Below, piece after piece: positions 11,541 to 21,102 of a stretch of DNA of 64,000 nt. The notes beneath the pieces are model-generated. The model did not search any database, was not told the origin of the DNA, and saw only the letters and a program-made list of their open reading frames with translations. This stretch comes from Salisapilia sapeloensis CBS 127946 (lineage: Eukaryota; Protista; Oomycota): NCBI GenBank assembly GCA_023334545.1, contig JAADVB010000012.1, positions 78,416 through 142,415 of the forward strand. Direction: 5' to 3'. Within the stretch, counting starts at the first letter, position 1; each line of letters starts with the position of its first letter. A program made the position numbers and the translations under genes.

Positions 11541-12314
11541 TTAGAGTTTCGCACTCGGTTTCTTGTCCCCAGGGAAGCGGAAGTAATCACTCTTGTGGGG
11601 GAGCACACGCATGATACGACCGGCATTCGACGTGTCGGTCGTAACGTCCGCGAAGGCTTGGGTTACCGTCGGCAGGGGAATCAGCTCACCTTGGGACTTG
11701 GCAACACCAGCATCTTCCGCCAATTGACCCATGGCTGTCTTGGCGAAAGCTGGGGCGAGACCGCATACACGAATGTTGTCCGACTCGTGGAGAGAGCTCA
11801 TGGCACGTGTGAAGTGGATGACACCAGCTTTCGCAGCGACGTAATCCGCCATGTACGACGGAGCGTAGATGCCAGCTACACTGCCAATGTTCACAATAAC
11901 ACCTTCGCCCTTGTTTAAGTATTGACGGAACTCTCGAACGGCTACCTGAGTGCCTCGCATGACAGCAATGAGGTCAATGTCCATGACTTTCTCCCATAGA
12001 TCGCCTGCAGGAAATTCTAATCCGCCAGCGATACCAGCGTTATTCACGAGCATATTGATCGGTTTCTCAAAGTACATTCGAGCAGTTTTAAATACTCGAT
12101 CGAAAGATGAGCGGTGCGTGACATCCTGTTGCGTGCTCGAGACGCGGGCTTTGCCAAACTGCTTCTGAAGCTCCTTGGTCGTCGCCGCAAGCTCGGCTTC
12201 ATTGATGTCCGTGAGGAAGACGTAGCCTCCAGCTTGCAAGATGGCAATACCAAAGGCTTTGCCGAAGCCTGTGGCACCACCTGTGACGATTGCAATGGAT
12301 TGGGAGAGCTGCAT
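11541..12314 (-). CDS. Short-chain dehydrogenase/reductase, 15-PGDH-like, with C-terminal PTS1 (AKL)
   Basis: Contains TGGATGFG, NNAG, NIGS and YVAAK, and ends in SAKL-stop. Confidence 0.92.
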   Translation of the reverse strand: MQLSQSIAIVTGGATGFGKAFGIAILQAGGYVFLTDINEAELAATTKELQKQFGKARVSSTQQDVTHRSSFDRVFKTARMYFEKPINMLVNNAGIAGGLEFPAGDLWEKVMDIDLIAVMRGTQVAVREFRQYLNKGEGVIVNIGSVAGIYAPSYMADYVAAKAGVIHFTRAMSSLHESDNIRVCGLAPAFAKTAMGQLAEDAGVAKSQGELIPLPTVTQAFADVTTDTSNAGRIMRVLPHKSDYFRFPGDKKPSAKL

Positions 12315-12421
12315 GTTGATCTAGCGGTGCGAAAGGAGGAATGAAGTAGAGATCGAGATGGGAGGATGTTTACGTAGCATGTTGAAGTTAGGAACACGTG
12401 GGATATACGAAAAAGGGCGAA

Positions 12422-12847
12422 ATGAGCTCAAGTCAACCGTCGGAGGCACAGGCGCTGTCCAAGAGCTTCGATAGTGCGTTTATGTAGTAGAGTCTAGCCG
12501 AGAGATGTAGCTTAATTTGTTTGCGTTGTAGATGCGTATGAGATGGCGCAGTTGCTCCAGACAGGGCTCGATCGAGACACGTTAAAAACATTGATGGTTC
12601 TGCTGCAGCGAGGCGTGAACCCCGAGGCGTTGGCTGATCTTGTTAAAGATCTTCGAAAGGAGGCGGCAGGACAGGAGGAGAGTCCAGCTGCAAGTAGCCG
12701 TCCTTCCAGTGGGCGCAGTGTGACGGGCAAGAAGCCCCTGAGCGATCCGGACGTCCAGGTTAGTCAGGTTCGTTATTTCGTCCCAACTCACCTTTCACCC
12801 GTACTTATGTATCTTATGATCAGAAGAAGCGTCGATCAGGCTACTAG
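12422..12847 (+). CDS. MZT1: Mitotic spindle organizing protein 1 (gamma-tubulin complex) with basic C-terminal extension; introns 12474-12531 and about 12759-12823
   Basis: AYEMAQLLQTGLDRDTL..GVNPEALADLVKDLRKE matches the MOZART1 pattern as recalled; the splice sites keep the frame. Confidence 0.82.
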
Positions 12848-13270
12848 CATAGACATTCTTCCTTGGCAATTGCTTCGTCTAGAGCGATACACATTGAACT
12901 CCAGACTCTTACGCTGCAGATGAATAGATAGCATTTTATATTTTGTGTCTTTCCTTTAGTAGACGATATATCTACTTCAATCACGACCACATATCTTCGT
13001 TGCTAGTGTATAAAGACATATTTATTCTCTTTCTAGATTCCTCTTCCTCGCAGTACATCTTTAGATACTTCTATCCACCAGAGCAGGACTAGTCTCTAGA
13101 TAGCTCTTAGATATCCTACTTGTGTCCACAGCTACATTAGTGGCATGCATAGTATGCTGGAAGCAATCTAATACCTTATCCATTCGGTAGAAAGTTAAAC
13201 AGCAAAAGGTCTGACGAGCAAGAAATACAAGAATGAACGATAAACAAAGTGCCTTGTGGTCGGCAAACTT

Positions 13271-14887
13271 TTAAATTGGTCGATTCAGTTTTCCTATCGT
13301 CTGTGCAAACAGAGCTGTTTGGCTCATGACGACAAAGCTAAAGAAGATCACGAGCATGACAGGTCGTAGTACTGGATTCATAAACCAGTCTGTGCGTCCG
13401 ACGACATGGAGAAATGATAGTTGGAAAACAAGCACCAACGGTACCTTTCTACCAGCACTCTTTCCCGTCGTCCTGAGCAAACTACGTACGCTCAACTCTC
13501 CACGCCATTTCTTATTATCCACATCTGCGTGCATACCTCTCAACTTCCAATTCACGTCGTATATCAAGAGCACTGAGAATTCTAGTAAAATAACCAAGTA
13601 CAGCCACAACATCCCGCCATACCATGGATGTATAAGCGGTGGTACCATCTTCACTGCTGCGATATTCACCACCAACGAGATGAGTGCGCTCGCGAGTATT
13701 GGTGAAGAGGCAGCTAGCTGCAGTACATTACATGACACCTGGAAGAGTTTCCGCACAACCCTCGAATTCAAAACTTCATCAGACAAGATGGAGGACGTCG
13801 GCATGTCCAAGGACGATGCTTGTAAGGCTAGACAGAGGTAGCAATACAGACACCATCCAGCCACGAACAAGAGAGAGGAAAGCAATACTTGTGAAATAAA
13901 GAAAACGAAATGATCCTCCCCAAGCGTCTCTCGCACTTGCTGCCAATGCCAAAAGACTTGGAAGTAGACGTACGGAAGCCAGAACCACGGTTTGATCATG
14001 TCACCACTGTATCGAAAGGACAGGAGCGGGCCGGGGACCTCACTACCTCCATCCTTGTCCTTGCACTTGTACAAATCCCAGTTTAAACGCTCGTAAAAGA
14101 CCATGTGGTTTACACTGTAGTAGAACGGAAGACGACGGACGATTGCATCCGTCACATTCGGTCGATGTGCTCCGAGGTTTTGCTCTGCCTCCTCTTCTTC
14201 TGTATAGAAAAGCGGACTCTCTTCCAATGCTTCAAAGAGACCTGGCAAGAAGCCTTGTGTGATCCCGAGGTAATTGTAATCTCGACCGGTGATCATGAAG
14301 CTATCGATTGCATCGAGATAGACGTTTCGTGCCGTGACACTAGGAGGCGAGATGACTAGAAGACTGTTGGAATACACGACTGCTTGGCCGTTATCAACAG
14401 CACAGAATGGACCACAAGCGAAGATCTCGTCTAAATTACGGATCACGACGTTCTCTGGATCGAGATACACCACTCGTTTTAATTGAGAGATCTTCGGATC
14501 TTCCCAAATCACTTGTTTATTCCGCATGTGTAGTAGCTGAGCCTTTTGATCCGTCAGAGGTGCATTCTTGTACACATTCGGAGCATTCGTTTCCACGATT
14601 TCGATGGCTGGGTCATCCTTTAGAAACTGTTCTCGGTTCGCCGAGCTAATACCGTCTTCTGGGATAAGAATAAGACGGCGGTATTGTGTCTTGGAAGCAG
14701 TGATGGATCGCATGAGGACTCTCGTGGCCAGTAGAAGAGCATCACTGTCGGCACCATAGTCATAAAAGAAAGTGGCAAAGCCACCTTCGGATGGACCGAC
14801 ATCAGCAGGAGGTAGTCCTGCTTCTATTTGACTCCATAGAGAAACGTTGATGGTCAATAGAAGTAGGTAGACCTTTTGCCAAGACAT
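13271..14887 (-). CDS. GT8 glycosyltransferase, glycogenin-like PGSIP/IPUT1 type, with signal peptide and C-terminal multi-TM region
   Basis: Contains RVVYLDPENVVIRNLDEIFACGPFCA, QGFL and KPWFW, with several hydrophobic helices at the C-terminus. Confidence 0.78.
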   Translation of the reverse strand: MSWQKVYLLLLTINVSLWSQIEAGLPPADVGPSEGGFATFFYDYGADSDALLLATRVLMRSITASKTQYRRLILIPEDGISSANREQFLKDDPAIEIVETNAPNVYKNAPLTDQKAQLLHMRNKQVIWEDPKISQLKRVVYLDPENVVIRNLDEIFACGPFCAVDNGQAVVYSNSLLVISPPSVTARNVYLDAIDSFMITGRDYNYLGITQGFLPGLFEALEESPLFYTEEEEAEQNLGAHRPNVTDAIVRRLPFYYSVNHMVFYERLNWDLYKCKDKDGGSEVPGPLLSFRYSGDMIKPWFWLPYVYFQVFWHWQQVRETLGEDHFVFFISQVLLSSLLFVAGWCLYCYLCLALQASSLDMPTSSILSDEVLNSRVVRKLFQVSCNVLQLAASSPILASALISLVVNIAAVKMVPPLIHPWYGGMLWLYLVILLEFSVLLIYDVNWKLRGMHADVDNKKWRGELSVRSLLRTTGKSAGRKVPLVLVFQLSFLHVVGRTDWFMNPVLRPVMLVIFFSFVVMSQTALFAQTIGKLNRPI

Positions 14888-15269
14888 GTAGCTCGATAGA
14901 AAGCTTGACAGATGTATCAAAAGCTTCCTAGAAGCTGGTACTCGAAGACGTCTGGTACTTGAGTCGCAAAATGTAGTGATGATGGCAACTGAGTGGCTTT
15001 TATGTAGAGTACATAACGATTTCTATGAAAAAGAAAAGAGTGCTCCTCCCAGATTTCCATGTCAACCTCGTGTATTAGGTCGAAGGAGATATTTGGATGA
15101 AAGATAGGACAGCTAAATATAGAACTTGATAGGGATATCGTGGTACTTCTGTATCGCTTTGACTTGACAAGGATGCTGGAATGGATGCAACTCAGATCTG
15201 ATGCGTGTCAACAGGTACTTTGGAATTGCGATCCACAACCATTATTCTTTGCAGCTGAACAGGAGGAAG

Positions 15270-16049
15270 ATGCCTTGTCTCGGTCGATCTCAACGCGGTC
15301 AGTGTACTCGTGCCGCTATACGAAACGGGTATTGTCGGTCCCACCAGTATCAAAATGATCCGGATCAGATGTGTCACGGGAAGACGAGAGACGGTGAAAA
15401 ATGCTATGCTCGAGCTCGCAAGCGCGATGGGTACTGCCGAGACAGTCATGTGCCAGGATACTTGGTCTACGTCCACCCACAAGACCTACGAGGTGTTCTG
15501 TCTCCGACTCTCCGTCGCTCTGTCGTTCAAAAATACGAAGGTCCGGATGGTATATTGGATGCTTATAGCGGCGGATTGACAACCAATCTCTATCATCTCG
15601 ACCACGTGACGGAGTGCCAGATCTCTGCTACCATCCTTAACAATGCCTGGACGATAAATATGGACAGCTATGCCTCGAGAGAACCCCTGGACGACGTCGT
15701 CGGTCTCTTGCGTGACAATATCTTGAACACGGAGGCGAACCTCGTGTGCACAAGCGACTTTATCAACATCCTCAAGGGTCAAGCAGTAACGAATTTCTTG
15801 AACGAGCCGAGTAAGACGCCATTTCTCGACTGTCTCAAGAATGCGAGGAACATGAAGTTTCCTGGCAAACGATTGACACGCACGGTGACAGGCGAAATCT
15901 CCAGTCTGCTTGGTGCGAAAATGAAAGAATGTCAATGGAAAGTGGATAACGAAGCGGACAATAACTTTACAACGGAAGTCGTGGCGGAATTTCAGACGTT
16001 GTATACAACCATGGAGCTTCGGACGCCACGTGCCTTGTACTTTGAGTAG
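15270..16049 (+). CDS. Uncharacterised protein: two Cys/His finger repeats plus an HNH-like nuclease motif; a short upstream exon is possible
   Basis: Repeats C-x-G-x4/5-G-x1/2-C-x8/9-YC-x2/3-H. Also LDHVTECQ ... N-x3-NL-x7-N-x2-KG. Confidence 0.75.
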   Translation: MPCLGRSQRGQCTRAAIRNGYCRSHQYQNDPDQMCHGKTRDGEKCYARARKRDGYCRDSHVPGYLVYVHPQDLRGVLSPTLRRSVVQKYEGPDGILDAYSGGLTTNLYHLDHVTECQISATILNNAWTINMDSYASREPLDDVVGLLRDNILNTEANLVCTSDFINILKGQAVTNFLNEPSKTPFLDCLKNARNMKFPGKRLTRTVTGEISSLLGAKMKECQWKVDNEADNNFTTEVVAEFQTLYTTMELRTPRALYFE

Positions 16050-16066
16050 GAAAAGAAAGACAAATC

Positions 16067-17206
16067 TTACGTTGCAATGTTAAATTCACAAAGTAGTGGC
16101 AGGTGATCACTCGGTGAAAAGGCACTTGGTAACGAGATTTGACTCGTAGCTTGATCCTTCGACATGAGTTTTAGTAGAGCCTTGGGAATGAGCTGAGGAG
16201 AGTTGTAAAAGATATAGTCCAACGTCCCGACGAAAGCTGGTTCCTTCTCCGCTGTCTGTCCATTCACGTTCGTAAATTCAGGTTCGCCATTTGCGTACTG
16301 ACCGTATGCGCTTTGGAATTGCATGACGCTCGTCAAGTAGTTGTAGACTAGACTTCCTGGCAGCGAGTTTAAGTCACCAGTGAAGATGAGGGGCAAGGAT
16401 GAGTACAGCGAGATGTGGTGGAGCAGACGTTTCGTCTGGAGGAGCTTGACGTCTTCGTGCTCGGGGTTCCAGAACAAATGCGTGTTCGACACGACGAACT
16501 CGAAGGACGAGAACTTGAACGTAGCGAGGATACCAACGCTGCCTCGTTCTGCTCGCCAGCGCAAGTCGTCATCTACGTCTACTGTGCGTGAGTATCTGTG
16601 TACAAGGGACGATAGGCGTAATAATGTACCTGACTCATCACCGGCAGGATGGTCCAAATCGATTTTTCTCTGATCCACAAGGTCGATGGTCGCGTCATGG
16701 TAGAAGATTGCTACACCTTCTTTCTTGGTCGTCTTTTGAGCAAAGATTCTAAGGGATTTTTAGAATTGCTACTAGGTTTTGAATGATTAAACGGACGGTC
16801 GTACCCTTTGTAGCCCAGCTCTTGCATGGTATTGAGCCAAAATCCATAGTAGTACTCTGCATCCACTTCCTATTGTCTTGGTTAATGGATTCAATCGTGT
16901 CGCATCCAGAGTGGAGGTAGAAACCTGGAGACTAATAAGAGTAGGCTGCACTGGCATGGACGTAAACACTTTTTTCTAGTGTAAGGACAGCGTCACGTCA
17001 GACTGCAAAATCATTGATACTCTAGACCATGCTAATCAATGTACCAAGTTGGCCGACCTCGTCTTCCAGCGAAGTGACGGTCCATGACAGTAAGGAAAGT
17101 AGCTCGACCTCGTATACGTTTGTGCCAAGACGTTATAAGTCATCACTTTCAGCGTCTCGCCTGCTCCAGACGACTCTACTTTCGAATAAATACGAAAAGA
17201 GACCAT
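16067..17206 (-). CDS. EEP-family phosphatase/deadenylase (CCR4/nocturnin/angel-like), 4 exons
   Basis: Reconstructed motifs MTYNVLAQ, ISLQEVD, EGVAIFY, NTHLFW, GDLNS, TLDYIF and PSDHLPL. Confidence 0.88.
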
Positions 17207-17606
17207 TGTCAATCATCCAACATTATTAGAGAAGGATAGACTTGATCAACTATACCTCTAGCCGCTGCCGAATCGATCTGCTGCATCTCGAACTCCATCT
17301 TTATGCCTTCGTGTCTTTATTCGTGTCCGAATATTTTCCACCAACCATAGTTTACATAAGACTGTTATCCACCAATCCGATGAAGCCTCCAAATCGCCTA
17401 CAAAAATCAAGTGTCTGCACGGAGGCATAGTGAAAGCAAGTGCGTTTATGGTTGGCTGAGAGCTTATACAAAAGTGATCGACATAAAGCAGCTCCATCAG
17501 TTTGTGGCCATCTCCCCCAATAGTTAAAGGTACATGCCGTCTTCTATGTGCCGTTCGATGCACGAATGCCTATGCAACGACCAGGAATACTCAATCTGTA
17601 TACTAG

Positions 17607-18075
17607 ATGACGCAAGTGACACCCGTCGTGCGCCCCAAGATCGTCAAGAAGAAGGTGACCAAGTTTAAGCGTCACCAGTCTGACCGCTTCAAGCGTGTGC
17701 CCGTACGTATATGTTTTCAATAACAGCTTGTATGCTGGTATTCAATGCTATGGAAACTTGTAGGAGTCATGGCGTCGCCCGAAGGGTATCGACTCGCGTG
17801 TCCGTCGTCAGTTCCGTGGCACGATCCGCATGCCGAACGTCGGCTACGGCTCGAACAAGAAGACCCGCGACATGTTGCCCAACGGTTTCCACAAGTTCAC
17901 CGTCACCAACGTTGCGGACCTTGAGCTCCTCCTCATGCACAACCGCAAGTACTGTGCCGAGATTGCTCACAACGTCTCTGGTCGCAAGCGCCGTGAGATC
18001 CTCGAGCGTGCTGAACAGCTCAACGTTCGTGTGACGAACCCGAGCGCTCGTCTCCGTGCCGAGGAGCACGAATAA
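17607..18075 (+). CDS. RPL32: 60S ribosomal protein L32 (eL32); intron 17703-17763
   Basis: Contains [39 protein letters not shown] and [10 protein letters not shown], with strong high-expression codon bias. Confidence 0.97.
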
Positions 18076-18545
18076 GCCTTTGGACGGACATCAGGGAGCA
18101 AGCCATGGAGGCCACAGTGCAGGGTTGGTGCAGGACTTTTCGCTTTTGTCTGTTAAGAGTCACTTGCTGATACTTTGGCATTGTGATTTTCTTGTTCCTC
18201 GAACAGGAAAACTACATTCTGAAATGACAAGTCCTGCTTTCACTGCTTTTATTCATTCGTTTTACCACTTGTTACCATTCCTTTCAAGCAGTTTCTATTG
18301 CTCCAGTACCACATCGAATAAAGTGTGAGTATATTCTCGACCATGCGTCTATTCAAGTCCTCGTAGCTGTCTCGAGTGTGACAGTGGTAGCGCAGAACGG
18401 ATGCAGCGCAGCATGGAGGCACGACGACCATTGCGTCCAAACAAAAGAAAGAGCAAATCTTTCTTTCGTCTCATATTGAGAGAACATTTGCAGCTGACAG
18501 TGCGTCCTACAAAATACCGACTAAGTCAACACAGTCTGAATCGCC

Positions 18546-19268
18546 ATGGTCCTCTCATCGCTGCTCGTCCCACGTCGCATGGCCATCTCAGCTTCTCGCT
18601 CTACAGTCAAGCATTGCAATCTTCAGAACAATGGCTTGCAACCACTTCGACAATGTGAAAAGCGCTTCTTTTCTTCTTACAAGCAGCGGCAGCAAGAAGA
18701 ATTAAAGGCCAAGAATCGTCGAGCTTTGCTCTACTTGGCTAGTATATCCGTTGCATTTGGAGGTCTGGCATACGCATCCGTTCCGCTCTACAAGATCTTC
18801 TGTCAAATGACTGGTTTCGGTGGTACGACACGTCGAGCAGACATGTATGCGGCGGAGACGTTGACACCACGTGAGGATACGACTCCGATTCGAGTCACAT
18901 TTGATGGTGGCGTTAGTAGTAACATGCCATGGAAGTTTCGTCCACAGCAAAGAGAAGTGGTGTTAGTTCCTGGTGAGACTGCCTTGGCGTTTTACACTGC
19001 GAAGAACACGACGGACAAGCCGATTACGGGCGTTGCGACGTACAATGTCTTCCCTCCGCAAGTCGGCGTGTACTTCAACAAGATCCAGTGCTTTTGCTTT
19101 GAGGAGCAACGTCTTCGAGGCAATGAAGAGATCGACATGCCCGTTTTCTTCTTCATCGACCCGGAGATTGCGGATGACCCGAACTTGATTGGTGTCCATA
19201 ACATCACTCTTTCCTATACTTTCTTCAAGACAGATGATGTGGATGAATCCGAGGTAGAGGACGAATAA
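18546..19268 (+). CDS. COX11: Cytochrome c oxidase copper chaperone COX11
   Basis: Mitochondrial-type presequence and TM helix; YASVPLYKIFCQMTGFGGT, PGETALAFY and YFNKIQCFCFEEQ. Confidence 0.96.
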   Translation: MVLSSLLVPRRMAISASRSTVKHCNLQNNGLQPLRQCEKRFFSSYKQRQQEELKAKNRRALLYLASISVAFGGLAYASVPLYKIFCQMTGFGGTTRRADMYAAETLTPREDTTPIRVTFDGGVSSNMPWKFRPQQREVVLVPGETALAFYTAKNTTDKPITGVATYNVFPPQVGVYFNKIQCFCFEEQRLRGNEEIDMPVFFFIDPEIADDPNLIGVHNITLSYTFFKTDDVDESEVEDE

Positions 19269-19705
19269 GCATAAAAGTCTTTCGCTTTAGTGCTTGATCA
19301 CGAAGATCACATATTATCTGTACTACAAGATACAATCGACTAATCTAGACCAACCGCAGGAAGTACTCGTAGATCTTAACTTTTTCTACCATGTTGATAC
19401 AAAAGGTAAAGAAATGTATATGTAAATGCAGATTTATAATGTTAATAAAGTGTTTTTTTTCATTGTTTTATGTTCTTATTCTCTTCGTTCAGTGGTATTT
19501 ACTACATTCTGTCCTCTGTCGTATCTATCACTCGTACAGTTCCATCATGTCTGCATGTTATCAGATCAAGACAAACAAATCGTACTTATCGCTTCATGTA
19601 CGATCGCTAACAGTTGTGGGAAGTTATAAACATGTCTTGGCGTAAAGTACACTTTTCCCAACAGTTTTCAAACGAATAAAACACTGCTCAAGAGCGCGAA
19701 AAACA

Positions 19706-20077
19706 ATGGCGAGTCGCGATGAAGGTGAAGCAGATGAGATTCGGGAGCAAGATCGTTTCTTGCCGACGGCGAACATCTCTCGTATCATGAAGGTGTCACT
19801 GCCATCGACTGCCAAGATCGCCAAGGACGGCAAAGAGACCGTCCAGGAGTGCGTGTCCGAGTTCATTTCGTTCATTACGAGCGAAGCGAGTGACAAGTGC
19901 CAGCAAGAGAAGCGTAAGACGATTAATGGTGACGACATTATCTGGGCCATGAGTACCCTAGGCTTTGACAGTTACGTCGAGCCGCTCAAGTTGTACTTGC
20001 AAAAGTATCGCGAGTCGGTCAAGGTCGAGAAGAATGATAAGAAGGATAACATTGGAAGCTTTGGTGCTTCGTCCTAA
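19706..20077 (+). CDS. NFYB: CCAAT-binding factor subunit NF-YB/HAP3 (histone fold)
   Basis: Contains [40 protein letters not shown] and [10 protein letters not shown]. Confidence 0.96.
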   Translation: MASRDEGEADEIREQDRFLPTANISRIMKVSLPSTAKIAKDGKETVQECVSEFISFITSEASDKCQQEKRKTINGDDIIWAMSTLGFDSYVEPLKLYLQKYRESVKVEKNDKKDNIGSFGASS

Positions 20078-20183
20078 GTACATTCGTCCACCTGGTCTAG
20101 ACCTGCTTTGTTTTTCTATTTCGATTCGTTCCTAGCGCTTAACAAGAATGAAGAAACACGCTTTTTCATTTGTTTTGTTCACT

Positions 20184-21048
20184 TTATGATATGCTTTTGC
20201 GAGGACCGTGCTCATGTAAAAGCGTTTGCATGTGACTCTTACGAGCGTGTGCTGGTGTCTTAGTCGCCAGCACAGCGTGGAGGCAGTCAAAGACAGAGTC
20301 TCCGCCGATATCTCGAACACGCAGGTCTGTCCCGGCCTGGAGGAGTACCTTGGCACACGCGATCGACTCTCGGATGGTTGCTACATGGAGTGGAGTCCAT
20401 CCGCTGATCTGCATTGAAAGTTAGCATTTTAGACGTCTGGAGACGAATTATTGAGAGTACATGGTCCACGGCGTTTGGGTCTCCGCCATATTGGAGTAAT
20501 AGTTGTAGAATCTGACTATGACCTTGCGATGCTGCCCAGTGCAAGCCACTCCAACCATGCTACACTAGGTAAGAAGTATACGGTTTGATGTGTCTAGTAG
20601 CGAGTACCTGATCAGCGGCATTTACTTCTACTTCCTCTGCATCAAGCATGGACTGGACACATCGCTTGTCACCTTTATAAACGGCTCGAATGAAATGCTT
20701 ACACTCCTTCGTATCCGATATGACCGTCAACGTCGGCTGAAACGGTTCCTCGGGTGTCTCTTCATGCAGACTACTTTCCTCTACCTTTGGTTGTTCCTCT
20801 TCTCCAAAGCTAGAGTACCCATCCTTATCATCATCTACTGTATCTCGTACATCTGGAGCATCACCTTTGGTATCCACCGTCTTTTGTTTATCAGCTTCTA
20901 CTCCACTTCTCTTTTCTCCATCCTCCAGTCCCTTTACCGTTCGATCAATCGCATCATTTACCTTGTCTCTCTCTTCTTCCTCTACTTCATGCGCCAATTG
21001 TTGGAGCAACGTAGAGGTTTCCTCCTTGGCCACCTCCATTAACGTCAT
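20184..21048 (-). CDS. Ankyrin-repeat protein with acidic N-terminus, 3 exons
   Basis: Spliced ankyrin motifs GWSGLHWAASQGH and GWTPLHVA across ORFs 20560, 20287 and 20184. Confidence 0.8.
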
Positions 21049-21102
21049 CTTGATTATAAAGATAAAGTAAAAGATTAAAAAAGTAAAAAACTATTATTAA
21101 AA

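Noticed and set aside
18187-18210. Hairpin TTTTC-TTGTTC/GAACA-GGAAAA after RPL32
   Set aside because: Short A/T-rich stems arise by chance, and bacterial-type terminators do not apply to this eukaryotic DNA.
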